From assembly GCA_002269645.1 (NCBI GenBank), contig NIVC01003923.1, positions 1 through 64,000 on the forward strand: a stretch of DNA of 64,000 nucleotides, given 5' to 3'. The position numbers were made by a program, and so were the translations under genes. The stretch is from Macrostomum lignano. Taxonomy: Eukaryota. This document shows positions 22,501 to 40,572 of this stretch, piece after piece. Each line of letters begins with the position of its first letter. The stretch's first letter is position 1. Under the pieces are notes generated by a model. That model saw only the letters and a list, made by a program, of their open reading frames with translations. It was not told the origin of the DNA and searched no databases.

Positions 22501-25500
22501 AATCGCAGTACGTGGCATCGAAGAACTGCCAGATGGAGTATCGCTTTGCTCACCTGACGCTCAACCGGCCCATGGTGATCTGCGTTGTGGGCACCGGCGT
22601 GCTGTGGGAGTCCACTGAGGTGAGCGGGGGCGACTGCGGAGTCTGGGGGGGGGCAGTTGGAACTCGAACGGGAGATAAGGAATGGGAACTGAGGTATGAG
22701 ATGAGAGCAGAGATGAAGTGAGAAACTTAGCTGAGAGGAGAAATGACATGAAGGTAGAAACAGGTGAGAGTAAAATGAGATGAAAAGCGGAGGAAACAGG
22801 TGAGAGTAAAATGAGATGAAAAGCGGAGGAAACAGGTGAGAGTGAAATGAGATGAAGGGAGAACAGGTGAGAGTGAAATAAGATGAAGGGAGGAACATGT
22901 AAGAGTGAAATTAGATGAAGGGAGGAACATGTAAGAGTGAAATTAGATGAAGGTAGAAGGAACAGGTGAGAGGAGAAATGAGATGAAGGTAGAAACAGGT
23001 GAGAGTGAAATGAGATGAAGGGAGGAGGAACAGGTGAGAGTGAAATGAGAAGGGAGGAACAGGTGAGAGGAGAAATGAGAAGGGAGGAACAGGTGAGGGG
23101 AACAGGTGAGAGGAGAAATGAGAAGGGAGAAACAGGTGAGAGGAGAAATGAGAAGGGAGAAACAGGTGAGAGGAGAAATGAGAAGGGAGGAACAGGTGAG
23201 AGGAGAAATGAGAAGGGAGAAACAGGTGAGAGGAGAAGTGAGAAGGGAGGAACAGGTGAGAGGAACAGGTGAGAGGAGAAGTGAGAAGGGAGGAACAGGT
23301 GAGAGGAACAGGTGAGAGGAGAAGTGAGAAGGGAGGAACAGGTGAGAGGAACAGGTGAGAGGAGAAGTGAGAGGAGAAATGAGAAGGGAGGAACAGGTGA
23401 GGGGAGAAATGAGAAGGGAGGAACAGGTGAGAGGAGAAATGAGAAGGGAGGAACAGGTGAGGGGAGAAATGAGAAGGGAGGAACAGGTGAGGGGAGAAAT
23501 GAGAAGGGAGGAACAGGTGAGAGGAGAAATGAGAAGGGAGGAACAGGTGAGAGTGAAATGAGAAGGGAGGAACAGGTGAGGGGAGAAATGAGAAGGGAGG
23601 AACAGGTGAGAGGAGAAATGAGAAGGGAGGAACAGGTGAGAGGAGAAATGAGAAGGGAGGAGCCAGTGAAAAGTGAAAGGAGTGAGGAAAAGGTGAAATA
23701 AGATACAAAGTGGCTGGAAAGAAGGAAAGCGGAAATCGATTCCCAGGACAGTGGAAACTATGAAACGAGGTTTTCACTCAGTCCCAGTTCAGGTGGCCCT
23801 GCAGTGGGGTCTCGGCCCAGCTTAGCATAAATCTTCTTTCAGCGCATCGCAGCCCGGCAGCCACCCACACGCAAGCAGCCGGACTGCTTTTGGCTTTGGT
23901 CTGACCCTTATGTGAAATTTTTCCTTAACGTGAGATTCGATGCACTTTAATTCGAATCCGCTGTTTCATGTTTTTTTATAAATTCTGAAAGCAGTCTTAG
24001 ATAAATAAACTAAAGAACTTGAAATCTGGTGAGATTGGTATCTAATCTAGAGATATTGATATCTAGTCTAGTGAGATTAGCATCTAGTCTAGTGAGATTA
24101 GCATCTAGTCTGGTGAGATTGGCATCTAGTCTAGTGAGATTAGCATCTAGTCTAGTGAGATTGGCATCTAGTCTAGTGAGATTAGGATCTAGTCTAGTGA
24201 GATCTAGTCTAGTGAGATTGGTATCGAGTCTAGTGAGATTGGCATCTAGTCTAGTGAGATTAGCCTCTATTCTAGTGAGATTGGCATCTAGTCTAGTGAG
24301 ATTAGCCTCTATTCTAGTGAGATTGGCATCTAGTCTAGTGAGATTAGTCTCTATTCTAGTGAGATTGGCATCTAGTCTAGTGAGATTAGTCTCTATTCTA
24401 GTGAGATTGGTATCTAGTCTAGTGAGATTGGTATCTAGTCTAGTGAGATTGGTATCTAGTCTAGTGAGATTGGTATCTAGTCTAGTGAGATTGGTATCTA
24501 GTCTAGTGAGATTGGTATCTAGTCCAGTGAGATTGGTATCTAGTCTAGTGAGATTGGTATCTAGTCTAGTGAGATTGGCATCTAGTCTAGTGAGATTGGT
24601 ATCTAGTCTAGTGAGATTGGTATCTAGTCTAGTAAGATTGGTATCTAGTCTAGTGAGATTGGTATCTGTGGTGTCTCAACAGACTATCACGGGAAACACG
24701 AGTACGTGGCAGGTAAGACTTTTGCCGGAAAAAAAAGGTACGAGCTCCACTTAGGGCAACCCGCGCTTATATTTGATATTTAACAGTAAATTGTTACACG
24801 ATCGATAAATTCAACCGCCAAAATGTCACGTGATTAAAAATACGTTTCACAATACAATATACGAATTATTTATTAACTGCATTACTTAAAGTAGAGTAGT
24901 AAGAAAAAGTAAGAAAAGGTTAGTTAGACGAACGGCCCTTTTACGGGCTCCTTGTCACGACACAACAGTATCTAGTCTAGTGAGATTGGTATCTAGTCTA
25001 GTGAGATTGGTATCTAGTCTAGTGAGATTGGTATCTAGTCTAGTGAGATTGGTATCTAGTCTAGTGAGATTGGTATCTAGTCTAGTGAGATTGGTATCTA
25101 GTCTAGTGAGATTGGTATCTAGTCTAGTGAGATTGGTATCTAGTCTAGTGAGATTGGTATCTAGTCTAGTGAGATTGGTATCTAGTCTAGTGAGATTGGT
25201 ATCTAGTCTAGTGAGATTGGTATCTAGTCTAGTGAGATTGGTATCTAGTCTAGTGAGATTGGTATCTAGTCTAGTGAGATTGGTATCTAGTCTAGTGAGA
25301 TTGGTATCTAGTCTAGTGAGATTGGTATCTAGTCTAGTGAGATTGGTATCTAGTCTAGTGAGATTGGTATCTAGTCTAGTGAGATTGGTATCTAGTCTAG
25401 TGAGATTGGTATCTAGTCTAGTGAGATTGGCATCTAGTCTAGTGAGATTGGTATCTAGTCTAGTGAGATTGGTATCTAGTCTAGTGAGATTGGTATCTAG

Positions 25501-27665
25501 TCTAGTGAGATTGGTATCTAGTCTAGTAAGATTGGTATCTAGTCTAGTGAGATTGGTATCTAGTCTAGTGAGATTGGCATCTAGTCTAGTGAGATTGGTA
25601 TCTAGTCTAGTGAGATTGGCATCTAGTCTAGTGAGATTGGTATCTAGTCTAGTGAGATTGGCATCTAGTCTAGTGAGATTGGTATCTAGTCTAGTGAGAT
25701 TGGTATCTAGTCTAGTGAGATTGAGAAAAGCATCTAATCTACCGAACCGACAACCCCGGCAGATCGGCATGATGTCGCTCGGTCATCCAAAGGTGAACTT
25801 CCAAGCTGCCAGCGAATCCTGCTACGACGCTCTGCTGAGCGCGGTGACGGAGACGCTGGAGAGGTACTACCCCATCAAACGGCCGGACAGCAAGGACAGT
25901 CTCCGCAAGCGGCGCAAAAGCAGCCTGAGCAGTCCGGGCGGAGGTGGCGCCATGTTCCAGGTGATGCGTTTTCTCTTGACTGGTTACCTATCTAGTACGA
26001 GATAATGATGGAGAGACAATGATTTTCTGGGGGGCTAGGGGCGCCCTGACGCAGCTTCGGTGACAACTGTCACAGTAAATGAGCACTCAAGCGCGTCAAT
26101 GTTGTACGCAGACACGCACTCATGCACACTGGGTGCACAGCGGCTCCTGACTGAAAACCGGCATGATATCCGAAAAACTACTTATAGTAGAAAGTAAATA
26201 AATAACTGTTATTTTTTCTGTTCCTAATTGGAAAACTGTCAAACATGGCTACAGGAACTGATCGAGCTCGCCCAGCGCAAAGTCTACCGCCAGTTCTCCG
26301 GATTTCTCGACACGGCCGAGCAGTTTCCCTGCCTCATCGTGGCCGACATCTATACTGACTCTGTGAGTAGGCTCTGCCATTTCCCAGTCTACCATTTCCC
26401 AGTCTACCATTTCCCAGTCTACCATTTCCCAGTCTACCATTTCCCAGTCTACCATTTCCCAGTCTACCATTTCCCAGTCTACCATTTCCCAGTCTACCAT
26501 TTCCCAGTCTACCATTTCCCAGTCTACCATTTCCCAGTCTACCATTTCCCAGTCTACCATTTCCCAGTCTACCATTTCCCAGTCTACCATTTCCCAGTCT
26601 ACCATTTCCCAGTCTACCATTTCCCAGTCTACCATTTCCCAATCTACCATTTCCCAATCTACTATTTCCCAATCTACCGTTTTAGTCTGCCCGACAAGCT
26701 CTCCATCAATTTCCCAACCAATCATCCCTGTCGTCTCGGCCACTCCGCAGGACAACCCGGCCGGCAGCCCGGACAAGGCCGAGTTCTCCGCCGTGGCCGC
26801 CTTCGCCGACGACGCGGCCGCGGACGAGCCGCCGTTGTCTGACGACGGCGTCGAGGACGAGCCCCGCTTCCAGTTCCGGTTCCGCCTGCTCTGCGAGCAC
26901 GAGGGCGGCTGGCACGCGGCCCCAGGCGCCGGCCTGCCGCTCCGCCTCGGCCGGGATGCCGCCCTGCAGCTGCTGGGAGGCCTGGCGCCGCTGCTGCTCC
27001 GCCTGGCGTTGGTCCTCCGGCACAGCCGGCGCTCCGGCCTGGACACCGCGGCCGACCTCGTGGCCGGCGGCCGCCTGCTCGACCACCTGCGCGCGGCAGC
27101 TGAGCGCGCCGGGCCCGAGGCCGACCTGCGTCAGCTGCACGCGGCGCTGCGCCAGCACCTGCGCCGCCGGGACCCGGGCATCGCTGCCGGCCTACGCCGC
27201 TGCCACCTGCCGTCAGGAAAAATCCTCTGGCTGTGCCCGGAGCACCAGAGCCAGCCGAGGACCGTCGTGCTGGCGGACGCCACCACGGCCGTCCCTGCTG
27301 CTGACGCTGGTGACACTGCGGAGGACGAGGAGGAGGAGCTGCTGGCGCAGGTGCTGTCGGTGGTCGGCAGCGGCGCCGTCGCGTCTGTCGCTGCTGAATC
27401 GGCGGCTGCCGAGGCGGCCGAGCAGTCCAGCTCCAAGCGCAAGCTGGCCGTCGCTGGCCTCGGCCGCATCGACGAAGCCGTCGAGTCGCCGGAGCCGTCG
27501 GCCTCGGCTGCGTCCTCCGCTGCGGCGGCGGCGGCTGCGACGGCGGCGACACCCGTGAAGGATGCGCGGCAAGGCAGAGTCAACAGCCCCCCGGGCGTCA
27601 GGAAGCGGCCATTCAGCGCGCCGGCCGGGCAGGGCCAGAAGAGCCGCGCCTGCCAGCTGCTGTGA
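2514..27665 (+). CDS. ROCO-family protein without kinase: LRR(+EF-hand)-Roc GTPase-COR-TIR-TIR-Cys/His domain-CaaX, ~1717 aa, 19 exons
   Basis: Hand-built join(2514..2657,2755..2820,2889..3029,3580..4737,5196..5361,6382..6787,10810..10916,10994..11072,11858..12004,13531..13889,13986..14133,14205..14322,15709..15898,17218..17551,21944..22201,22509..22619,25763..25960,26255..26362,26751..27665). All introns are GT-AG and all phases are compatible if one base is missing near 3777. Roc motifs: GLGGAGKTS, ITDGIDI, WDFAGQ..YYNTHQFFLT, VGTHCD. COR: VPEAW, FLHDMG, VIINPQWL, VPCLLP, YLPAGLF. TIR: DVFISYCW..CWIDIE..SKNCQMEY. Confidence 0.85.
5600..6325. repeat. 35-bp minisatellite (ROCO intron 5)
   Basis: Unit GCTTCAAACCCCCAGAGTCAAATCGTCACTTTACT, ~20 copies. 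Confidence 0.95.
6893..7332. repeat. 23-bp minisatellite (ROCO intron 6)
   Basis: Unit TGGGAGGTCAGATTGTCCTGTAC, with variant GGTCAGAATGTACTGTAC. Confidence 0.95.
8870..9365. repeat. Degenerate purine-rich tandem repeat
   Basis: Recurring GATTAGAGAGAGATTAGATG / GAGATTCGG motifs. Confidence 0.8.
11100..11820. repeat. 12-bp minisatellite (ROCO intron 8)
   Basis: Units AGCAGGATTAAC / AGCAGGGTTAGC; source of the spurious SRIN and LLIL ORFs. Confidence 0.95.
12088..12628. repeat. 30-bp minisatellite (ROCO intron 9)
   Basis: Unit TGAGCACAAAGTCGAGTAGCTGTTGACCAT, ~18 copies. Confidence 0.95.
13204..13448 (-). mobile_element. tRNA-derived SINE, family A, copy 1
   Basis: Minus strand has A-box-like TAGCCTAGAGG and B-box GGTTCGATTCC, then GTGTCCTTGAGCAAGACACTT..CAGTTCACCCAACTGTAAAATGGG resembling the MIR/CORE-type central domain; second copy at 59064-59316. 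Confidence 0.8.
14628..15345. repeat. 55-bp minisatellite (ROCO intron 12)
   Basis: Unit TCAGCATTGGGGCTGGACAACCGTCAGACAGTCAGTCCACAGTGCACACAGATAC, ~13 copies. Confidence 0.95.
15883..16795 (+). repeat. 44/47-bp tandem array duplicating the exon 13/intron 13 junction of the ROCO gene
   Basis: Unit (GATA)CTGCCGGCTTATCTGT|GTGAGTATAGCAAGCGGCAGAGTTGAA, ~20 copies; the first copy is the real exon end plus donor. Confidence 0.95.
18569..19840 (-). CDS. Class A (rhodopsin-like) GPCR, peptide/FMRFamide-receptor-like, intronless, nested antisense in ROCO intron 14 (423 aa from ATG 19840)
   Basis: Seven hydrophobic segments; N-terminal N-glycosylation sequons (NGS, NDS); TM3 RNWSLVMIAGSRC (DRY variant); TM4 APRLFE; TM6 FIICELP; TM7 NFIIY. 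The upstream in-frame start at 20077 lacks receptor-like sequence. Confidence 0.85.
   Translation of the reverse strand: MLAYVAVNGSCLNDSGSSEGPAGGAANVYLYIACVLSYLNALTNGFSLIVFILDKKNVIMGRLLLLLSLSETVLNIGFAVNLTVMLTVMADAGRQAFDSPLRPQMITCAFFLSFAIANAFIMVRNWSLVMIAGSRCEVVSNPFSTRRGQLFSHRRSQACYALTLILSLLVCAPRLFEFTWTICEYPAENNSTETTVYSLTTATHHILDKNPSYRHYKTLLVFPLQTIAPIFLISGLSLVIIFILRRRRLLQQNSGGSAGSGSGRGGGGASGSGSRSQDAATKTVMILMFSFIICELPTFLFFILNQTIFASMRGFNQIRMHTTFLANILLSADSFTNFIIYSSTSNTFRETVRQMLHLPDRRQGRSNNYNYNNNHLQNNNYSMLSREANALRRAEAAAAATAAPSHIEDAALAPLKWHPGGAD
20872..21920. repeat. 19/21-bp CA-rich minisatellite
   Basis: Unit CACACCTCAAAACCCATCA(CA), degenerating towards the acceptor at 21943. Confidence 0.95.
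22275..22420. repeat. 20-bp minisatellite (ROCO intron 15)
   Basis: Unit GCAGCTCACTGTGAATCTCT, ~7 copies. Confidence 0.9.
22700..23680. repeat. Purine-rich ~30-bp minisatellite
   Basis: Unit GAGGAGAAATGAGAAGGGAGGAACAGGTGA and variants. Confidence 0.9.
24025..24666. repeat. 21-bp minisatellite, left part
   Basis: Unit TCTAGTCTAGTGAGATTGGTA; interrupted at 24667 by a solo LTR. Confidence 0.95.
24667..24967. mobile_element. Solo LTR (301 bp) inserted in the 21-bp minisatellite
   Basis: Termini TGTGGTGTC...GACACAACA (TG..CA, 8/9 inverted match), flanked by the 5-bp direct repeat GTATC (24662-24666, 24968-24972); subterminal AACGGCCCTTTTACGGG resembles the large LTR. Confidence 0.75.
24968..25725. 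repeat. 21-bp minisatellite, right part
   Basis: Near-perfect TCTAGTCTAGTGAGATTGGTA copies ending ~35 bp before exon 17. Confidence 0.95.
26378..26680. repeat. 15-bp minisatellite (ROCO intron 18) with acceptor-like units
   Basis: Unit CCATTTCCCAGTCTA, ~20 copies, starting ~15 bp after the donor at 26363. Confidence 0.95.
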
Positions 27666-27709
27666 GGCGCGGACTGGGGGGGGGGGAATTCCGGATGGGA
27701 CTTAGCGAT

Positions 27710-28145
27710 TTAGAATGAGAAGAGATTTAGAAGAGATTTAGAATGAGATTAGAGATTCATAATGAGATTCAGATATTCAGAATGAGATTCAGAGATTCAG
27801 AATGAGATTCAGAGATTCAGAATGAGATTCAAAGATTCAGATAGAAATTCAGGGATTCAGATTGAGATTTAGAGATTCAGAGTGAAATTCAAAGATTCAG
27901 AATGAGATTTAGAGATTTAGAATGAGATTTAGAGATTCAGAGTGAGATTCAAAGATTCAGATAGAAATTCAGGGATTCAGATTGAGATTCAAAGATTCAG
28001 ATAGAAATTCAGAGATTCATAATGGGATTCAGAGATTCACAATGAGATTCAGAGACTCAGAATGAGGTTCAGAGATTCATAATGGGATTCAGAGATTCAC
28101 AATGAGATTCAGAGACTCAGAATGAGATTCAGAGATTTAGACTGA
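27710..28145. repeat. ~20-bp minisatellite downstream of the ROCO stop
   Basis: Unit AGAGATTCAGAATGAGATTC and variants; AATAAA follows at ~28152. Confidence 0.9.
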
Positions 28146-29461
28146 GAGTATCAATAAAACTGTTTTCATTTTACGCTCATGAATATTTTAAAAGATGGGC
28201 TGATAACGTTATACACAGTAATTAATAATTTGACTTTTCCACTTTTGTCTAATCCGCGCACTCGTACTCGTAGCAGATTTTTACTCAACCAACGAAGCCT
28301 TAATCAATATTTTATCGTTTATCAGCCAACCAGTTATCATATTTACATATATGTTGTGCCTTGTGACCTTTTTGCAGTCCGAAGCTCAGTTGCCTGGCAC
28401 TGTTAGTTGAGTAAAACAAAAAAGATTTGTTATACCTTTCAAAATCTAGTTTTTAAAATTAGTGAAGCTCCGAGACACGGTTCAAGACTGCCCTGCTCCT
28501 CCATTGTGCTTCGCAAGCTTACGATAAATTCTAGCTGTGATTTCCTGGCGGTTCTCTGATTTCAATTTTTTAATTTTTTGTCTGCAGCGCATGATGAGCT
28601 CGGCCATGATGTAGCACCTTTGCCTTACACAGAAATATATACTGAAATATTTATATTGATAACTTTTAACTGATTTATAAGTTATATTACTATAGTATTT
28701 GATTTTAATTAGCTCTCGGAGCAGCTTAGTGGGTATGGCGTTGGTTCGATTCCGTGAGCAGCAAAATTTTTTGTTACAATTAATAAGGGTCTTTAGTAAT
28801 GGCTCTTGAGAACGCACAGGGCTGATTGGGTTTTTTCCATAGACAAATTGCGTCGAGAGAAATGCAATTCCTCAAAAGAATGCTAAATTCACTACTGCAG
28901 CGATGCGACTAAAATATACAATCGACGTTCTTTACTGGCTCATTTCTAAGAAAGCCAAGTGTACCGTCTTTCCACTTAGTACTTCATCTGTCCATGGTTC
29001 TGAATAAGCGCAAGTTTTTAAAACAACTTACAGCACTACTCAGAGAAACAGCATAGAAATAAATGAATGAAAACAAAGGTTCTAAATTCGAATTAAAACA
29101 AAGGCATAACACTTTCAATTTATTTAGGCACTAGGAACAGAGAATATTCAAATAGGAGTTTCTGCTCAAGATACAAGGTTGACTCTGTTACATTGTTTAA
29201 TGTACTTTACCAGCTTACCAATCATCTTACCTGGTTGAGTGTGATTCTACCGGATATTTTGGTCGAAGTTTTGTACAAAGATTTAAGATACATTTTCAAA
29301 TGCAATACGTCATTACGTTAAAAAACTTACCAAAATAATGGGATGAAGTCTTCTTTGCGGCCAGGAAATTACGCGCGTCTTTTATAAAGCTTGGCATGAA
29401 AAAATTACTCCGAAAACAGATTAATAGCGAAGAGAGGATCGAATATCCGTCATGCACTTAC

Positions 29462-38153
<8,692 letters not shown>

Positions 38154-39646
38154 TTTTTCTAAACTTGTCGTAGTCCTGCAGCTGCGCTGTTGCCGATAAA
38201 ACTGCCGGAAGAGAGGAAAGCGGGGAAGAGCCGGGGCTCAGAATGCTTCTTAAATGTGAAAAGAGCAGCCGTTGTCTGATTGGCTGACGAGCTCCTGCAC
38301 TCGCCACTTGAAGACAGCGCTCTGTCTTGGTTGCCTTGGAGACTTGGTAAAGCTTTCAGCTAAACTCCAGAAATTGCTCCTCATGGCTGGGAGCAGGGGA
38401 GAGACTGGCAGAGACTGCAAGGGGAAGAAGGTTTTTGGGTAAGGTGTAGAGCCAAGAAGTCGCATAGCTGGGTATTTGGTCTCGATATCAAAACACTTCA
38501 CTGAATTTTCGTCATAAAACGTTCACCGAATTGGTTTCAATAATTATTAATGATGCAAAAGATTTCATGATTCAGGCAATGATGTTCTGCTCACAGATTT
38601 TATGAATTCGCTAAGCACCGAATTCCTGGCCCAGCAGTGGCAAAACTTCCCTTCTGCAGTGCTCGGGAGCAAGCGTGCAGCTGCTTGTTGATAATGAGAA
38701 GGAATCACAGGGCGGTGAAACTGCTTCAGTGAGTCTCTGTAAAAATATTGAAGTGGTTAAGAGGCTTTGGCGCTGGGCGAAGGCTTGTCCTTTGTTCCTG
38801 CCCCCTCATCTCCAGCTTCCTGCTTTCCAGCCTCTGCGCTATTGTGACGGGCTTCTGGAGTTGGTTCCATTGTTTAGATGGGAGCTATCTATCTTGGGGT
38901 ATTCAAGAGTCGCCTATTCAGCAAAACCATTCGACCGAGACGCGGAAACTATCGACTGTTTAGGAGAAGGTAAGGCAGACAAACCCCATAAGCGTCTCCC
39001 ATCGTGGATCCCCGAGGCAACCGTTTCAGTTGAACAACAAAGCCGATGCTGCAGGTTAACGCGAGAGTTTGTCAATTTCTATTGACGTGGGGAGCACAGC
39101 GAAGCCCTTCTAGATCTGTAGCTCATGCAGTCTTTTATTTTGTTGAGACAAGAAAAAACTTCCCTCTCGAGCTAAAGTTATTTCCAGCCAAATGTAAGAG
39201 AGCCGTCAAGCTGAAAGCATTCCCTGTAGCGATTCTGCGATGATGCCCCATTATTGTAGCAATCGGAAGAAACTTTCCTAGAATATTAAAAGGAAAAGGC
39301 AAATACACGATCAGTATATGCACACAGCTTTAATGAACTTTCTCATTTTATCTGAGCTATAAAGTCGTAACTACTGGCACAAGTAGACAGTAGATACACG
39401 TAACTACATTGCATGTACATGTAAATGTCGAGATGCTGTACTGCTTACTCTAATGTACATGTACTTGCAAGTTGTTGTCGCTGAGTTTGGGAAGCCTGCA
39501 TTACACAAACCAGAATGTGAATAAAAATTCCAAAGAGTAAAATTAATCTAGCCGAAGAGTACAATAAAAAATTCAGAATTTTGAAACCATACGCTTTCAT
39601 TTACATGCATAATTATTAAACGCATGCAGCATGGCTACTAGCAAAC

Positions 39647-40007
39647 CTAGGTTTTTTTCGTCCGAAATCTAGTTGCCAAATGGCAACTGGAGCTCAAAAT
39701 CTAGTTGCTAATTGCCATCCTCAGTTGCCAACTGACAACTGACCTATTTCAGTGTCCCACTTTATAAAGTTGTTTTTGCAACAATTTTCACGCATTGACG
39801 AAAAAATAATATGCTCGAATCAGCTCAGGCTTCAGGTTTTCAGTCAAGCCAATCTTAGCAGTAATAAAATGTGACAGACTGTTTTATCATTGGCAACTGC
39901 CTTGGTTCAAGTTGGTTGCCAGATTGGCCTCTGATGCCACAAATCCAGTTGCCAATGGCTTTTTTGGGTAGCCGGACGTGGCTACCGTATGGCCTAAAAA
40001 AACCCAG
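39647..40007. mobile_element. hAT-like MITE (361 bp)
   Basis: Termini CTAGGTTTTTTT...AAAAAAACCCAG; near-duplicated 8-bp flank (CTAGCAAAC left, CTAGCAAC right); multiple subterminal GTTGCC/GGCAAC motifs. Confidence 0.65.
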
Positions 40008-40572
40008 CTAGCAACAAAGACCGTTCAAAACTAGCTTAAATTGAGGATTCAATCTAAGTTAAACAGAATCGTGTCCAGAAATATTTCATACAGTTACAGA
40101 AGCAATAATTATAAAATTCAAAGATTCAACAACCAATAAATAACTTTGCAAGCACGCCAAACGTGTCCAAGGTTTAGAACGAAGTCTTCGAAATAAAGAC
40201 AATACTTGTTTAAATCAAAAGCATGCCTGTTTTATCATAGAATATTTACTAATGTATTGCTAACGTCAGAACCGCAGAAAATATATTGCAATATTTTAAT
40301 GCCTTTTTTCTCTAATTTGTGCTGAGTTTAACGGCTGCTAAAAGTTGATAACTTCTGAAATGCTGTCATTCCAAGAAACTAACAATTTGTATGATATGGT
40401 ATATATAAGCTCACGAATTTTGGTTAGAAGCTATAGCACTAATATAGCACTAGTACATGTTGGCTACGTATCGTCTGTTATTTACTCATTGCTCATTGGT
40501 TTATTTTTGGTTAATTAATAAGTAATTTTTTTATAATTTAAGCATAATAATCTTGTGGGCAGGAAGATCAAC

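Noticed and set aside
2514-27665. Naming the ROCO gene LRRK1/LRRK2 or MFHAS1
   Set aside because: No kinase or WD40 motifs follow COR, and the TIR-bearing C-terminus does not fit these genes; symbol left blank.
28482-29380. Terminal exons / transmembrane tail of the lectin-CCP gene
   Set aside because: Several small candidate exons exist, but I could not build a phase-consistent path or find a convincing transmembrane helix; left unannotated.
38250-39323. Short ORFs upstream of the lectin-like gene, and similar ones at 54281-55307 and 56034-57246
   Set aside because: No motif, splice consistency or codon bias supporting coding status.
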